From IMG/VR virus record IMGVR_UViG_3300032753_002463, positions 1 to 64,000 of that record: a DNA stretch of 64,000 nucleotides, one strand, 5' to 3'. This stretch comes from a virus. Positions 19,510 to 31,000 of the stretch are shown piece by piece. The notes beneath the pieces were generated by a model. It was not told the origin of the DNA. It was given only the letters and a program-made list of their open reading frames with translations, and did no database searches. How positions within the stretch are numbered: the stretch's first letter is position 1; every line of letters begins with the position of its first letter. The position numbers and the translations under genes were made by a program.

Positions 19510-19789
19510 TTTTTTTAATTTTATATTCCAAGATAGCAGGATCAAATTCTCCTGGACCATATTTTTTTTCTATTACGTCCCAAAATTCCAATTCCACATT
19601 TCGGAAAGTTGCTAATTTTTCAACCTCTAATTTTATACTATACTCTAATTCATATAATTTTTCCGAATCCTTGATTTTTAATCTACCATCCAATCTATTT
19701 AATTGATCCTCATATTTCTCAATATTAGCATGAATTTTAGTATATTCCTGTATTAGAGCTACTATAAATGCTTTTTCGTTAGTTGTCAT
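19502..19789 (-). CDS. hypothetical coiled-coil protein (possible fibre chaperone)
   Basis: 95 aa directly after the tail fibre; IEKKYGPGEFD motif. Confidence 0.65.
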   Translation of the reverse strand: MTTNEKAFIVALIQEYTKIHANIEKYEDQLNRLDGRLKIKDSEKLYELEYSIKLEVEKLATFRNVELEFWDVIEKKYGPGEFDPAILEYKIKKNV

Positions 19790-22411
19790 TTATTTTTGTT
19801 TTAGTAATTCAATTTCTTTTCTAAGATCTGCTACTTGTTCCATTAATTCCTGGACACTCTTTGTCAATATTGGAATTAGTTTTCCAGGATCATATCCTTC
19901 AACCTCGCCATCTTTATTTATAGATACTGCCTCTGGAATAATTTCAAAAACTTCTTCTGCAATAAAACCAATATCATGTCTGCCATCTTTTTTCCAATTA
20001 AAGCTTACTGGATTTAATTTAGCTAATTGATCCAATCCTAATGTTAAAGGTTCTATCGAATCTTTTAATTTTCTACTAGATGGGTAGAAAAATCCAGAGG
20101 ATGCAAATCCGCCAACAGATCTAACAGTACCATTACAACTTATATCTCCATACGTAAATAAAGAAACTGTATCTGGTCCATAGCTACTCAAAGAGGAATC
20201 GAATGAAACATTACTAATAGAAGTACCCCCTGTTAATATAGATCTTTTACCTAAAGTTATTTTACCATCCCACGTTATAGTAGCATAAGTATTACCATTT
20301 CTAGTATAATGATCATAATCTGTAATTGTTAATGCTTTCGGGGTTCCCTTACTTCCAGTAAAACAAACAGTAGTAGCTCCAATAATTCCACTTGGGGTAC
20401 TATCTGATTCTTTAGCAAGATTTATTCCATTCATTCCATCTCCACCAGAATCTCCAACAACTTTCACTCTATTCACCGAGCCAAAAGGAGCAGGTGTTGG
20501 TTGACATCCAGTTGGCCAATATGTTATTGCACTTGGTATTTGCCATGCTGGTGTTGTTGTCGCTCTTGGCCCAAAATATGCACCCTGTCCAGCATAATCA
20601 TCTTCTACACTTAAGTTTGTACGTCCGTCAGGAACAATTGAGTTTTGTCCATTTATTCTAACTCCTGTTTGATATGTCTGTACTACATTAGTTCCATTAA
20701 CGCCTAACACTACCCTAGCACCCGTGGTAGATGGACCCCAAAGACGAGAGAAAAGATTCAATACATCTCCTTGTCCAGCAGTTGTCATATGGGTACCTAC
20801 TCCATATTGGGAAACTATTTGATATTGTGTAATTGGATCAGGTGTCGTAGGAGATGCACTGCTATAACTTCCGGGTCCGGTTGGATTACTAGCACCATGA
20901 TAATACCCAGCAAAAAATGTACCAGTTGGAATTGGACCCGTTGCAGAAACATATTCTTGTGAAAGGTTATTAATAATCGAATTATTAAAGGGATATATGG
21001 TAGAATCTCCCCAGGACAACCAAGCATTTGGACCAGTAGGATTATCCAATCTTGATTGGAATACAGCGCCATTACCTTGCCCAGAGATCAAAACTTTTGG
21101 GGTTACAAATGTTCCAGTTGAGCCAGTATAAGTATATGCCTCTGTAGCACCCAATAAATATCCGGTAGCACCAGGTCCAGTTCCAGCAGGAGTGCCATAT
21201 GAATTAAATCCAGTAGCACCAACCCTAAATCCACTTTCCACACCAAAATATCCAGCTGGCATAGCAAATGAATTATAAGAATCTGTTTGAGCAATAGATC
21301 CACTACCCTTGACAATTAAATTATTAGCTGCTGATCCTGTTGCTCCTATTCTTAATCCTTTTTCTATGCTAACGTATCCACCAGAAAGACCAAAATTATT
21401 ATAGCTATCATTAAGAGCAAAGGAAGCAGACCCCTTAACTGCTAAGGTATTAGCAATTGCTGTTGTTTTTATACCGGCGCCTGTTGCATTTACACTAAAA
21501 TATGGAGTTGATGAAGAACCCGTTGATCCACTTGGAAGTACCTGAAAATACCCAAGAGAAGCAAAATTAACTATTGTTCCTCCTGTTAATCCGCTAGTTT
21601 CTACCTTATTTAGTCCATTAGAATTAAGTCCTATATTTCCTCCTGTTGTTATTATATCCCAGCTACCTATAGGATTATAGAATCTAACGTCCCAAATATT
21701 AGGTGTACCTGCAGTTGCTCCCGCACCCGGAGACGTGGACCATTTTATAACAGGATTATGGGTATTACTAAAAGTAGAAGAAGTTGAATTAGCACTATCT
21801 AAATCTACACGTCCAAATGAAATAAGGTTACTATATGTTGTTGTTAATGAAGTTGCTATTTTAAATTTAGATTTTTCTGAATTTAAGCCATATAAAGTAG
21901 AACCTGCATAATTTGTTCCCGTACTATTAATACCCCAATCTGATAGCAATAGAGAAAAAATTCCTGCATCATCTTGACTATAATATGTAATATCTGAATC
22001 AAAGGAGGATGTTGATGTATTCCAGTTACTACCTGTGTTAGAGAATAATTGATCTGCCCTAAGATTATATCCTGAATCAATCCAACCTAATCCAGTTCCT
22101 GAAGGCCCATAGCGAAGAATTTCTTTATCAGCATCTCTTAACCAATAATCACCCGATATAGGTATTCCTAATGGACTTCCAGAGGTAGGTCCAGAAGCAG
22201 AAACAAACCATTTAGATCCTTCTTGCCCCTGAGGGCCAGCAACCCCTATTTCCCCTTGTGGGCCAGGGGGTCCAGTAATTCCTACCCTTCCTGGAATTCC
22301 TTGTGGGCCTCCTCCAGCAGTAAGTATCTGGTCATTATTATAATTAATCTTATCAATTAATGTTGTCTGGCTGTCTCCAGCTTGTAGTACTAATAAGTTA
22401 ATTTTAGACAT
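19790..22411 (-). CDS. tail fibre with collagen-like segment and C-terminal intramolecular chaperone (peptidase S74)
   Basis: KINYNNDQI, (GXY)n GPQGIPGRVGITGPPGPQGE; C-terminal SSRKLKDSIEPL...LNPVSFNWK...GFIAEEV...PEAV plus coiled coil. Confidence 0.88.
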   Translation of the reverse strand: MSKINLLVLQAGDSQTTLIDKINYNNDQILTAGGGPQGIPGRVGITGPPGPQGEIGVAGPQGQEGSKWFVSASGPTSGSPLGIPISGDYWLRDADKEILRYGPSGTGLGWIDSGYNLRADQLFSNTGSNWNTSTSSFDSDITYYSQDDAGIFSLLLSDWGINSTGTNYAGSTLYGLNSEKSKFKIATSLTTTYSNLISFGRVDLDSANSTSSTFSNTHNPVIKWSTSPGAGATAGTPNIWDVRFYNPIGSWDIITTGGNIGLNSNGLNKVETSGLTGGTIVNFASLGYFQVLPSGSTGSSSTPYFSVNATGAGIKTTAIANTLAVKGSASFALNDSYNNFGLSGGYVSIEKGLRIGATGSAANNLIVKGSGSIAQTDSYNSFAMPAGYFGVESGFRVGATGFNSYGTPAGTGPGATGYLLGATEAYTYTGSTGTFVTPKVLISGQGNGAVFQSRLDNPTGPNAWLSWGDSTIYPFNNSIINNLSQEYVSATGPIPTGTFFAGYYHGASNPTGPGSYSSASPTTPDPITQYQIVSQYGVGTHMTTAGQGDVLNLFSRLWGPSTTGARVVLGVNGTNVVQTYQTGVRINGQNSIVPDGRTNLSVEDDYAGQGAYFGPRATTTPAWQIPSAITYWPTGCQPTPAPFGSVNRVKVVGDSGGDGMNGINLAKESDSTPSGIIGATTVCFTGSKGTPKALTITDYDHYTRNGNTYATITWDGKITLGKRSILTGGTSISNVSFDSSLSSYGPDTVSLFTYGDISCNGTVRSVGGFASSGFFYPSSRKLKDSIEPLTLGLDQLAKLNPVSFNWKKDGRHDIGFIAEEVFEIIPEAVSINKDGEVEGYDPGKLIPILTKSVQELMEQVADLRKEIELLKQK

Positions 22412-22424
22412 TCTCTTTTATTTT

Positions 22425-22432
22425 TATATATC
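22425..22432 (-). promoter_or_regulatory. putative late promoter GATATATA
   Basis: 13 nt upstream of the tail fibre ATG. Confidence 0.6.
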
Positions 22433-22450
22433 AATCCTTTTTTGTCTCAA

Positions 22451-25400
22451 CTATATTTTAGAAAGATTATACGAAAAAGCTACTTGATAATCATACGTTG
22501 CATCCTTATTAAGGGTAAATTGGTATTCAAGTGGGCTTGTTTCGATTATATTTACCTGATCTAAAATATAAAATCCATTTTTAATTTTATCATGATCATT
22601 CAAATTAGTCACTAATGTAGCTAAACCCGTTACATTTGGTGTTTTCTTAATGTAGACATTAATTTTATCAGCCTTAAATATTGGTACTACATTCAGAGAC
22701 AAGTATTCATTTATATCATCACTTAATGTAGAATTAGTTCCGGTACCAAAATCAGGTAAGAGAAGCCTATTAAATGTAGCTCCTGCGCCACAGGAATCAA
22801 AATAATTTATCAAACTTCTATCTACTAAAAGAACGACCTTTATTTGAGTGTCTGTTTCCTCCCAAAATATTTCATAATTTGGATATAATTCAACACTTAA
22901 ATCAAATACATCAGTTATAGATGTTGGATATAATGCCTGCTGTTGTATTAACATACTAGCGGGGGTTTTCATTATTTTACTACCGAAATAATTTTTTTCT
23001 TCCAACATAGATCTAGTTCCTGGAACTAATTCATAAGTATTTTTCCCTATATAATTCCTATATCTTCCTGGATCCCAAGTACTTTCAAAAATAAACATAT
23101 TTCTAATATCAAAAGGACTTTCCCCTATTAAGGGATAAACTTCCTGATAGCCTGAATTCGGATCAATAGTAAAAGGATTATTTAGAGCATATTTGTTATA
23201 GGATATATTTTTTATTATGCCAAAATTATTTTTTTCTATACCCAATTTAGCATTCTTGTAAGAAAGGTTCTCTTCCACCATTATTGTTCCACCTGCAAAT
23301 CTTTCCCCATTTAGTTCATAATAAAGAGTATCTGGAGCGTCATAAGGAACTACGAATGTCATTGAATTTCCAGAAATCGTATTATAAAAAATTCCATTAA
23401 CAAATTGATTGACCCCAGTACCATCATTCTGTAAATTAGAAATAACTATATCGCCATTTATTTCTGTATTTGGAGATAGACCAAATCCAGGAGAAAAGAA
23501 ATTAGTATAATTAAAGGTATATGTTAATCCTCTAACTAATCTTAAATTTTGTCTAATATTACCATCTATCTCTATTTCATAAGTAGATCCAATATGGGCA
23601 AATAATGACGACGATGTTTTTTCCGATAAAGTTATACTCAATATCAGTTGTTCATTTTCTAATACATCATTTTTGAATGAAGAAAATGGTACGAGATCCC
23701 TAAATTTAGGATTATATCCTCCGCCATATCTATAATATTCATTAATTGAATTACTGGTAGCCATATTATACCCAACCACAACCTTAGCTAAAGATTGCGG
23801 CTTATTTAAATCCTCAATCGGATAAAGATTAGTATTTTGAACAAATGCAGATGGTTCTAAAACATCTATCACAAAAGTTTCATTTGATTCAACGGTAATT
23901 AAATTTGTAGAGTCCCAATCATATGTATAATATTTTACATAAGGATCTTCAGAGCCTAATAATAATGCTATATCAGCAAATGATATTTTTTCCAATAATT
24001 TTTTCCAATAGCTAGATCCTCCTTCTTTTTGATAGACTGCTTTAGCTGCTATACCATTATAATCTACATTAACCGGAGCTAGAGCAAAGATCGGAGGGGG
24101 GAATCCAACATTAGTGAAATTTGGCATATAAGAGCCAGAAATAGGTATAGGATCTACCTGATTAAAATATATTTCGTCCTTCCCTGCACCAACAGGCCAA
24201 GGTAAAGTATACCAGTTATCAGCAGTTATTTCATTTGGTGAATAGAAACTAAATAATCCATTTTCATTAGTTCCATTAATTGTTAATGGAGGCGAAGCTG
24301 ATACATCGTATGGAGAGCCTGGACCAGATATTGGTGTAGATGGTAAATAAAAACTATTTATTTCATCTCTTAAATCAGTGTTATATTCACTATTTAATAT
24401 AGCAGGAATAACCCCACTACCATTAATCGTTGCACTATTAAATAAAGGGGATATACCTAATGAACCTGAGTCAAAACTAAAATTCAGGCTCGCAGATAAT
24501 TTAATATCAGAAATGGTAGAAATATATTCAGTCGCAGGACTTCCAACACCAGGTGTTAGTATTAATTTATCTTCCAATGAATATAAGCTCATGTAATCTA
24601 AGCCACCATAAATTCCGGTCGGATTAAAATTCCAGCTATTCCCTTTTATTGTAGGACTAGAATTTATTTCATTCCAATATTTCCATGCATCAACAAATCT
24701 AGAATCGCTATTTATAATGCTAATTACAAATGTAACAGTTTTAAATGTACTATTTTCATATATCTTATATGTAATTGGAGGTGTTGGTGTATAAGGATCT
24801 GGATCATCCATAGGTTTGATAATACAAGAAAACCTATAGCCATCATAAGTAGTATCGCTTGATTTGAATACACCTCTTGTCCCTGTCTGAATAGAAGAAT
24901 CTGTTCTTCCCTTAATTTGAACCTTTACTCCCCTAAAAATAGTTTCGCTATATCCACTTGCTGGGTTATATTCAAAAACAGTATATCTCTCAGATATTGG
25001 GTTTCCCTCTGCTGATTTAAATTTTCCAAAATTTTGGAAATAATCCGAACCATCTACTGTAAAATAATTCTGGAAATAATCTGCAATACTTGGACTTGCA
25101 TTAGTCAATTGAGTCAAATCCAATATAGACGAGCAATAATTTAATGAGCTTTCTACTAATGTATCAGGAGAATCTAATCTTGGGGATTCAATTAAATACC
25201 ATTCATTAGTGAAAAATCTTGGATCTCTGCCTACACTAAAGAAACTAGGAGAGAAATTGAAAGGAGTAAATGCTGGATGTACATTTAATCTATACTCATT
25301 ACCTCTAGCATCTGTTCCCCCATCATAAACCCATTTTTGGATATAAGGAATAATCCTTGATACAGTAACAAATTCCTTTTGATAATTTTCTTTCAAGACT

Positions 25401-28072
25401 TCATATTCAGTATCTAGTTTACCAAAATTCATTTGATCTGATTTAGTTATAATAGTATCCAAATCATCGATGTATTTAATATCTTGGATACCAGTAAAAC
25501 CAGGAAAATTATCTAAGTCTGTTAAAGGTTCCGGAGATCCTGTCATAGCTCCAGTTAATGGATTTTTGGTAAAAGCTAATGGAATAACTACAAATCTAGC
25601 ATCTGCTGTGGTTGTTATTACTTCAAAATTTTCTACCCCAACTTCACCAACAAATGAATAAATTGAAGGAGATCCAGTATTTCCATATTGTATACCATTA
25701 TATGATATAATACATCCGCTATTTACACAATAAGTCTGTCCAGGAAGTATTTTTGATATCCCACCTTGGAGATCTAAATAACGATAATATTCCTCAGTAG
25801 GAGTTATATTATACTCTGAATACCACCAATCAAAATCCATATCCTTGATCGGATAAAATGATAATACACCAGTTTCATTTTCTAATAATTCCTCAACGAT
25901 AATCTTCCCTAAATAGCCGATTTTTGCTGTTTGAGTATAATCTATGTAAGTTATAACTGCGTACGTTTTATAGCCGTTTAAACTATCGTTATTCGTATTT
26001 TTATTCACCTCATCAACATAAGCAAAAAGATTATCTATAATAGAGACTCCCGCATTAGTTCTAATTAAGGATTTACCGGGGATTATTTTATTAGAATCTG
26101 CAATATTTATTCTTATCCTATTTTTGGAATAATCAGTTCCTCCAATAAAAGGTTGCTCGTATCTAAAATCCAAAGAATCTATAGAATTAACTGCAAATAC
26201 ACCTCCCCTGTCCATTCCAGTTAATGTGGATAAATTGGTAAAACAATCTATAGAAAAAGAGCTATTATAGTTATATCCTGTTCCATAAACACGTAATACT
26301 ATTTCATTATCAGAAAGGAATCCTTCAAAACCTCTATAACTTATCGAATTAATAGCACCATAGATTGCACTCGCTATTTGTGCATTTGTTCCGTAAGGAT
26401 GAAAATAGATAGCATCTCCTAAATTATAGAAACTACCTGGACCCCAATCCTCCATAATTGTGGACATATTAGAAGCTATTAGGATATCACATTTTTTTCC
26501 ATTTAAAATTTTACTCCCAATAGGATGATAAATTACAATAGCTTCACTAGATAGGAATGGACCACCGATATTAATAATTGCATATGGGTTTCCTTTTACT
26601 CCTAATACAGTTCCATCAATTTGTTTCGTCTTTGTTGGATCAAATCCTGTAAAATTAGAAACATCTATTACTTTATTACTTAATACTAAATCATTTTGGT
26701 TTGTAGAATTAGTACCCCAAGTTGAAGATATATCAGTATTTGTTGAATAATTTAGTATTTTTTTATAACTATATAATTTATCATTCCTATCTTTTATATA
26801 ATAGAATCTTGGAGTACTATTAACTATGTCTGAATTTGGTATTATTCCCCATTTAGTTACAGGATCAAAAAAAAGTCTTACCCCATTGACATTTTCCTGA
26901 TAGAATGATTTTTCTAATGTTGGTGAAATATAATTAGGTGATTTGGGTTCAGGGGTATTCCCCACTAAATAATCATTAGTAAAAAATCTATTCCCGTCTA
27001 ATAGGAAGGTCCCAGTAGGGACCTCATCCACAAATACCCCAAAATATCTATTAATAGAATATAAAGGAGCATCTGCATCAGTAAATAAAAATTCTAGGTT
27101 GATGTATTTATAGGAAATTATTCCATTTCTAATAAATCCATCAGTCATAAACTGTTCGAATTCAATCTGAGTAGTTGGATTAGTATAAAAATCGGATAAA
27201 AATTCTCCCTTCGTATCATAAACTCCACTACTATAATTAACACCGTTATAATATGTCATCAGGTTCTCTTCAAACCTAACATTTATTAATGATTCCTGAT
27301 AATTTGCAGCTGCTTGTATCCTTCTTAAATATTTTCCAATTTCACTATTAGCAGATAAATCATAGCTAGCAACAATTGAAGTTTTAGGAAGTATTTGATT
27401 TTCAACATGTTGTATTGGATCCCCAATTAGATCATAATTATAATTAGGATCCAGAGATACTACATTTCCCTGGCCTTCATTAACGGTAAATGTAGTAGAT
27501 GTTGCAGAAAATATACTTCCATCAGTATATGATATTAAATTAGATGTTATAGAATAATCGCTGGAAGCGCCTATAACTTTATAATTATTTCCAATAATTA
27601 AAGAAGTAACAGGATTAATATAAGAAAAATCTATAGGATCATTTATCCTATAAATAACAAAATTACTAGGGATTGTTCTTCCTAGCCAAAAAGGGGCTAA
27701 ATAAGTAAATTCCTCTTTATAAATATTTGATGCTAATGGGGTTGCTCCTGCTGTATAAAATCCTTGGTACTGATATTCATAATCGGAAACAAATGTTTGT
27801 ACTTGTGATGTATCCCCACCAAGTAGACCAAAAACAATAGAATTATCAGTTGATCCATTATCAAAGAATCTATAAAGATCTTGGGAAAAATCAGAAGAAC
27901 CTGAAATTTTATAACCCTTATAGATTGATTTGGCCAATTGATCATTAGAATCGATTGAATTTAACCAAATATTTTCAGAGGAATCTACAGTTATTTTAAC
28001 ATTCCCTGATATTTTTGGATTTACTCTTATAACACCAAAGGATGAATTATATTTATTTTTAATTGCTGCCAT
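22451..28072 (-). CDS. large virion structural protein (1873 aa)
   Basis: Long ORF in the structural block; contains an LVRGLTYTF...VPYDAPDTLYY module seen in myovirus structural proteins; TATATAAATA upstream. Confidence 0.65.
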   Translation of the reverse strand: MAAIKNKYNSSFGVIRVNPKISGNVKITVDSSENIWLNSIDSNDQLAKSIYKGYKISGSSDFSQDLYRFFDNGSTDNSIVFGLLGGDTSQVQTFVSDYEYQYQGFYTAGATPLASNIYKEEFTYLAPFWLGRTIPSNFVIYRINDPIDFSYINPVTSLIIGNNYKVIGASSDYSITSNLISYTDGSIFSATSTTFTVNEGQGNVVSLDPNYNYDLIGDPIQHVENQILPKTSIVASYDLSANSEIGKYLRRIQAAANYQESLINVRFEENLMTYYNGVNYSSGVYDTKGEFLSDFYTNPTTQIEFEQFMTDGFIRNGIISYKYINLEFLFTDADAPLYSINRYFGVFVDEVPTGTFLLDGNRFFTNDYLVGNTPEPKSPNYISPTLEKSFYQENVNGVRLFFDPVTKWGIIPNSDIVNSTPRFYYIKDRNDKLYSYKKILNYSTNTDISSTWGTNSTNQNDLVLSNKVIDVSNFTGFDPTKTKQIDGTVLGVKGNPYAIINIGGPFLSSEAIVIYHPIGSKILNGKKCDILIASNMSTIMEDWGPGSFYNLGDAIYFHPYGTNAQIASAIYGAINSISYRGFEGFLSDNEIVLRVYGTGYNYNSSFSIDCFTNLSTLTGMDRGGVFAVNSIDSLDFRYEQPFIGGTDYSKNRIRINIADSNKIIPGKSLIRTNAGVSIIDNLFAYVDEVNKNTNNDSLNGYKTYAVITYIDYTQTAKIGYLGKIIVEELLENETGVLSFYPIKDMDFDWWYSEYNITPTEEYYRYLDLQGGISKILPGQTYCVNSGCIISYNGIQYGNTGSPSIYSFVGEVGVENFEVITTTADARFVVIPLAFTKNPLTGAMTGSPEPLTDLDNFPGFTGIQDIKYIDDLDTIITKSDQMNFGKLDTEYEVLKENYQKEFVTVSRIIPYIQKWVYDGGTDARGNEYRLNVHPAFTPFNFSPSFFSVGRDPRFFTNEWYLIESPRLDSPDTLVESSLNYCSSILDLTQLTNASPSIADYFQNYFTVDGSDYFQNFGKFKSAEGNPISERYTVFEYNPASGYSETIFRGVKVQIKGRTDSSIQTGTRGVFKSSDTTYDGYRFSCIIKPMDDPDPYTPTPPITYKIYENSTFKTVTFVISIINSDSRFVDAWKYWNEINSSPTIKGNSWNFNPTGIYGGLDYMSLYSLEDKLILTPGVGSPATEYISTISDIKLSASLNFSFDSGSLGISPLFNSATINGSGVIPAILNSEYNTDLRDEINSFYLPSTPISGPGSPYDVSASPPLTINGTNENGLFSFYSPNEITADNWYTLPWPVGAGKDEIYFNQVDPIPISGSYMPNFTNVGFPPPIFALAPVNVDYNGIAAKAVYQKEGGSSYWKKLLEKISFADIALLLGSEDPYVKYYTYDWDSTNLITVESNETFVIDVLEPSAFVQNTNLYPIEDLNKPQSLAKVVVGYNMATSNSINEYYRYGGGYNPKFRDLVPFSSFKNDVLENEQLILSITLSEKTSSSLFAHIGSTYEIEIDGNIRQNLRLVRGLTYTFNYTNFFSPGFGLSPNTEINGDIVISNLQNDGTGVNQFVNGIFYNTISGNSMTFVVPYDAPDTLYYELNGERFAGGTIMVEENLSYKNAKLGIEKNNFGIIKNISYNKYALNNPFTIDPNSGYQEVYPLIGESPFDIRNMFIFESTWDPGRYRNYIGKNTYELVPGTRSMLEEKNYFGSKIMKTPASMLIQQQALYPTSITDVFDLSVELYPNYEIFWEETDTQIKVVLLVDRSLINYFDSCGAGATFNRLLLPDFGTGTNSTLSDDINEYLSLNVVPIFKADKINVYIKKTPNVTGLATLVTNLNDHDKIKNGFYILDQVNIIETSPLEYQFTLNKDATYDYQVAFSYNLSKI

Positions 28073-28085
28073 TTATTTATATAAA

Positions 28086-31000
28086 TTATACTGTTCCTAA
28101 AGATACTGCTGTTACTAATGATGTAGAGTATGCTGGAGTTGCTATAGCTGATTTAGTATAGCTTCCAGAAACTACTAAATCAAATGAGAACAGACTTTGA
28201 TTTTTTACTTGTATATCTATTCCAAGTTTTTTAGAATATGTGATATTCCTAATTGAGCCCGTTGTCCTATACCCGCCAATATATTGTAATTTATCCGCTG
28301 CCCTAAACTGAAAAGTTATTGGTATTGTGATAGCATTTTGATCCCCATATTGTAAGATCTTTGTTGCTAATGTTGTAGACCCTTCTATTTGAATAGCAGA
28401 ATGGTTTGCAGGTTGCATAAATAAATATGCTCCACAAGAATATTTACCAACCAAATATTCGTCATTAGATCCAAATCCTAATTTCATAGGATAAGAATTA
28501 TCAGTTCCTGTAGCTCCATAAGAAGTATCGGAGGGGGGTGTAAATTGCATTTGCTGATATGGCTTAGTCTGAGAAGTAATATCCGTTGCAATTGTATCAT
28601 TACTTCCTAATTCAAATCCAAAAGTATGCCTGAATTCTGGATATTCATAATTACCAGCACTTTCTACTGGCCTTGCTAGATCAAAGAAACCTCTAGCTGT
28701 TGTTATAGATTCATTAATTACTACTGGATGTTGATAATGTATACAAAATTCATTTAGATTACCATTGCCAACAGGGGCTCCTGATAAATATGTACCATTC
28801 CAAATATTTGAATTTGGTGATCCTGGAGATGCTCCGGTTGGGCTATATGGTAATAATACCCCATTATTGGACGGAACATTACCGATGATACTAGAGGTAA
28901 CTCCAGTATCGGGAGACCAACTAATTGTTGGAATTATCGGAGCAAAATATTCATCCTCGTCTAATCCAACAGATTTATATCTACTATAAATAAATTGGGA
29001 GTTTGCATTTCCTGATTGAAAAGGAGGTGCTTGTATAAAGGCAGCACTACCGGTTAAACCAGGAACTATAGTACCATCTAGAATAGAAGATAATGAAATA
29101 GTAGTTAAATCATATTTTCTATTCGTAGAATAATCTACACTAGCATAAGAGCTAGTAGACGATAAAACAGCAGTACTTTGTCCACCTGCTATTAAGGAGG
29201 ATAGCTCCAAAGGAGTAGCAGCTTCATTTCTTAATTGTAATTGATACGTAACAGAAGCTATCTTTCCCCAGTTAGATATATTTGTTAGATCCAATAATTC
29301 ATTGTAATATCCTGCAAATATATTAACAGTAGATCCATTTTTAATTGTTGTAAGATTACTTCCTTGAAGAATGTAAACACCAAGTACACCAGAAGCCTGT
29401 TGTATCAAAGCTCTTAGATTTTCTATCTCCTGTTGCATTGCTAGCAATTGATTATAGACATCAATTGGATTACCAGAGGAATCAAAAAATCCAGATGATA
29501 TAGTAGTAGCAACATGGGCATAATACTGTCCTCCTGTAGTAGTAAAAGCAGTAGATAAATGTTGATCTAAGCCTTTTGCAGTCAGATCACTTTGGATAGT
29601 AGCTACTGCTTGATCTCCAATATTTTGTTGTAGATATTGGGTATTATTAATAATTGTACTAAGATTATCAGGAAAAGAAATTATAACAGAGGGGCAGAAA
29701 TCAGACTCTGCTGGATTTGCAGGCCAACCTGCTTCACTTATAGAAGCAACCCTTATTTCTACACTTTCCCCTGATTTAATTGGAATATCTAACTGATTGA
29801 TGTTAGTAACATCAGCATTAGTAATATCCTCTACTACCCATTGATAAGTACCGGAAACTGGATCATAAGCTTTTTTACGGATATCTGATTTATATTCGGT
29901 CCAGTTAGAAAAAGTACCATTATATTGAGTACCATTTGCATCAACGAATGGTATTACATCTGCTGCAGGTGCATTTCCACTAGAGCTTAGATATCTATAA
30001 CTAATTCTAAATTGTATTACCTGTTGAGGTCCTGTTTTTGGGTTAGTTACGGGATTTGGAAAAGCCCAAAATCCCCTAACGCTATAAATAGGGGCAGTTT
30101 GTATTTCTGGGTTCGTTGTTACCGTATTATTTATATCCTGTATTGTACTGGACAATAATTGGGTTTGCGTTGTTTTTTGTTGTGTTAATGTTGTAACCTT
30201 CTGTAACAATTTTTGCGTATCTGCATTAAAGGTTTTTGAAACCGAAGTAACAGATTGGTTTACTATTTGTTTTTGTACCGATGAAATAGATGTATTTATA
30301 GCCTGTATAGTATTTTGTATTTGTACTTTGGATTGTATTTGAGATTGAAATTTTGTACTAGCAGGACTTTGAGTTACTTGTTTATTTGTAACAACTACTT
30401 GAAAATTTGATGATGTTAAAACAGGAGCATCTGGAGTAGTAGCATAAACGGACTGAATTGTTTTTTCTTTACTGTTACCTAAAAAAACAGAGCTAAAATC
30501 AGAAACATAGGTTTGATAAAAATCATCCAAATTTTGAACACCTGATGTTGTATTGATTGTTAAATTATTAGACCAAAATCCTATACCAGGACTATAAGTA
30601 CTTCCTGCTACATTAAAGTCATTATTAATATTTTTAATAAATATAGCTTGTCTTTCGTCATGCCCAATACCAACCTCTACACTTAGTGGTGATAGTATTT
30701 CCGAATCAATCGACAATGAATTATCTCCGATTGTTATTGGATCATATCCACTAATCCTATTAAGAGTAACAGTAGTATTTCCAAGATCAATACCAGTTAT
30801 TTGATATCTAGTACCTCCTGATGTTATTAAGCCATCCCCTATTTTTAATTGCCTACTACTATTAGCACCTGTTGCAAGGCTATCAGTATAAGTAATATTA
30901 TCTAATTTATAATTTCTAATAGTTTGTTGTGATGCAATCCCATTAGTTGTCGTTGTAACTGTTTGATCTATAACTCTTAATACTGCAAAAGATCCGTTAT

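Noticed and set aside
19790-22411. Diversity-generating retroelement target in the tail fibre
   Set aside because: No reverse transcriptase or template/variable repeat pair is visible in this window
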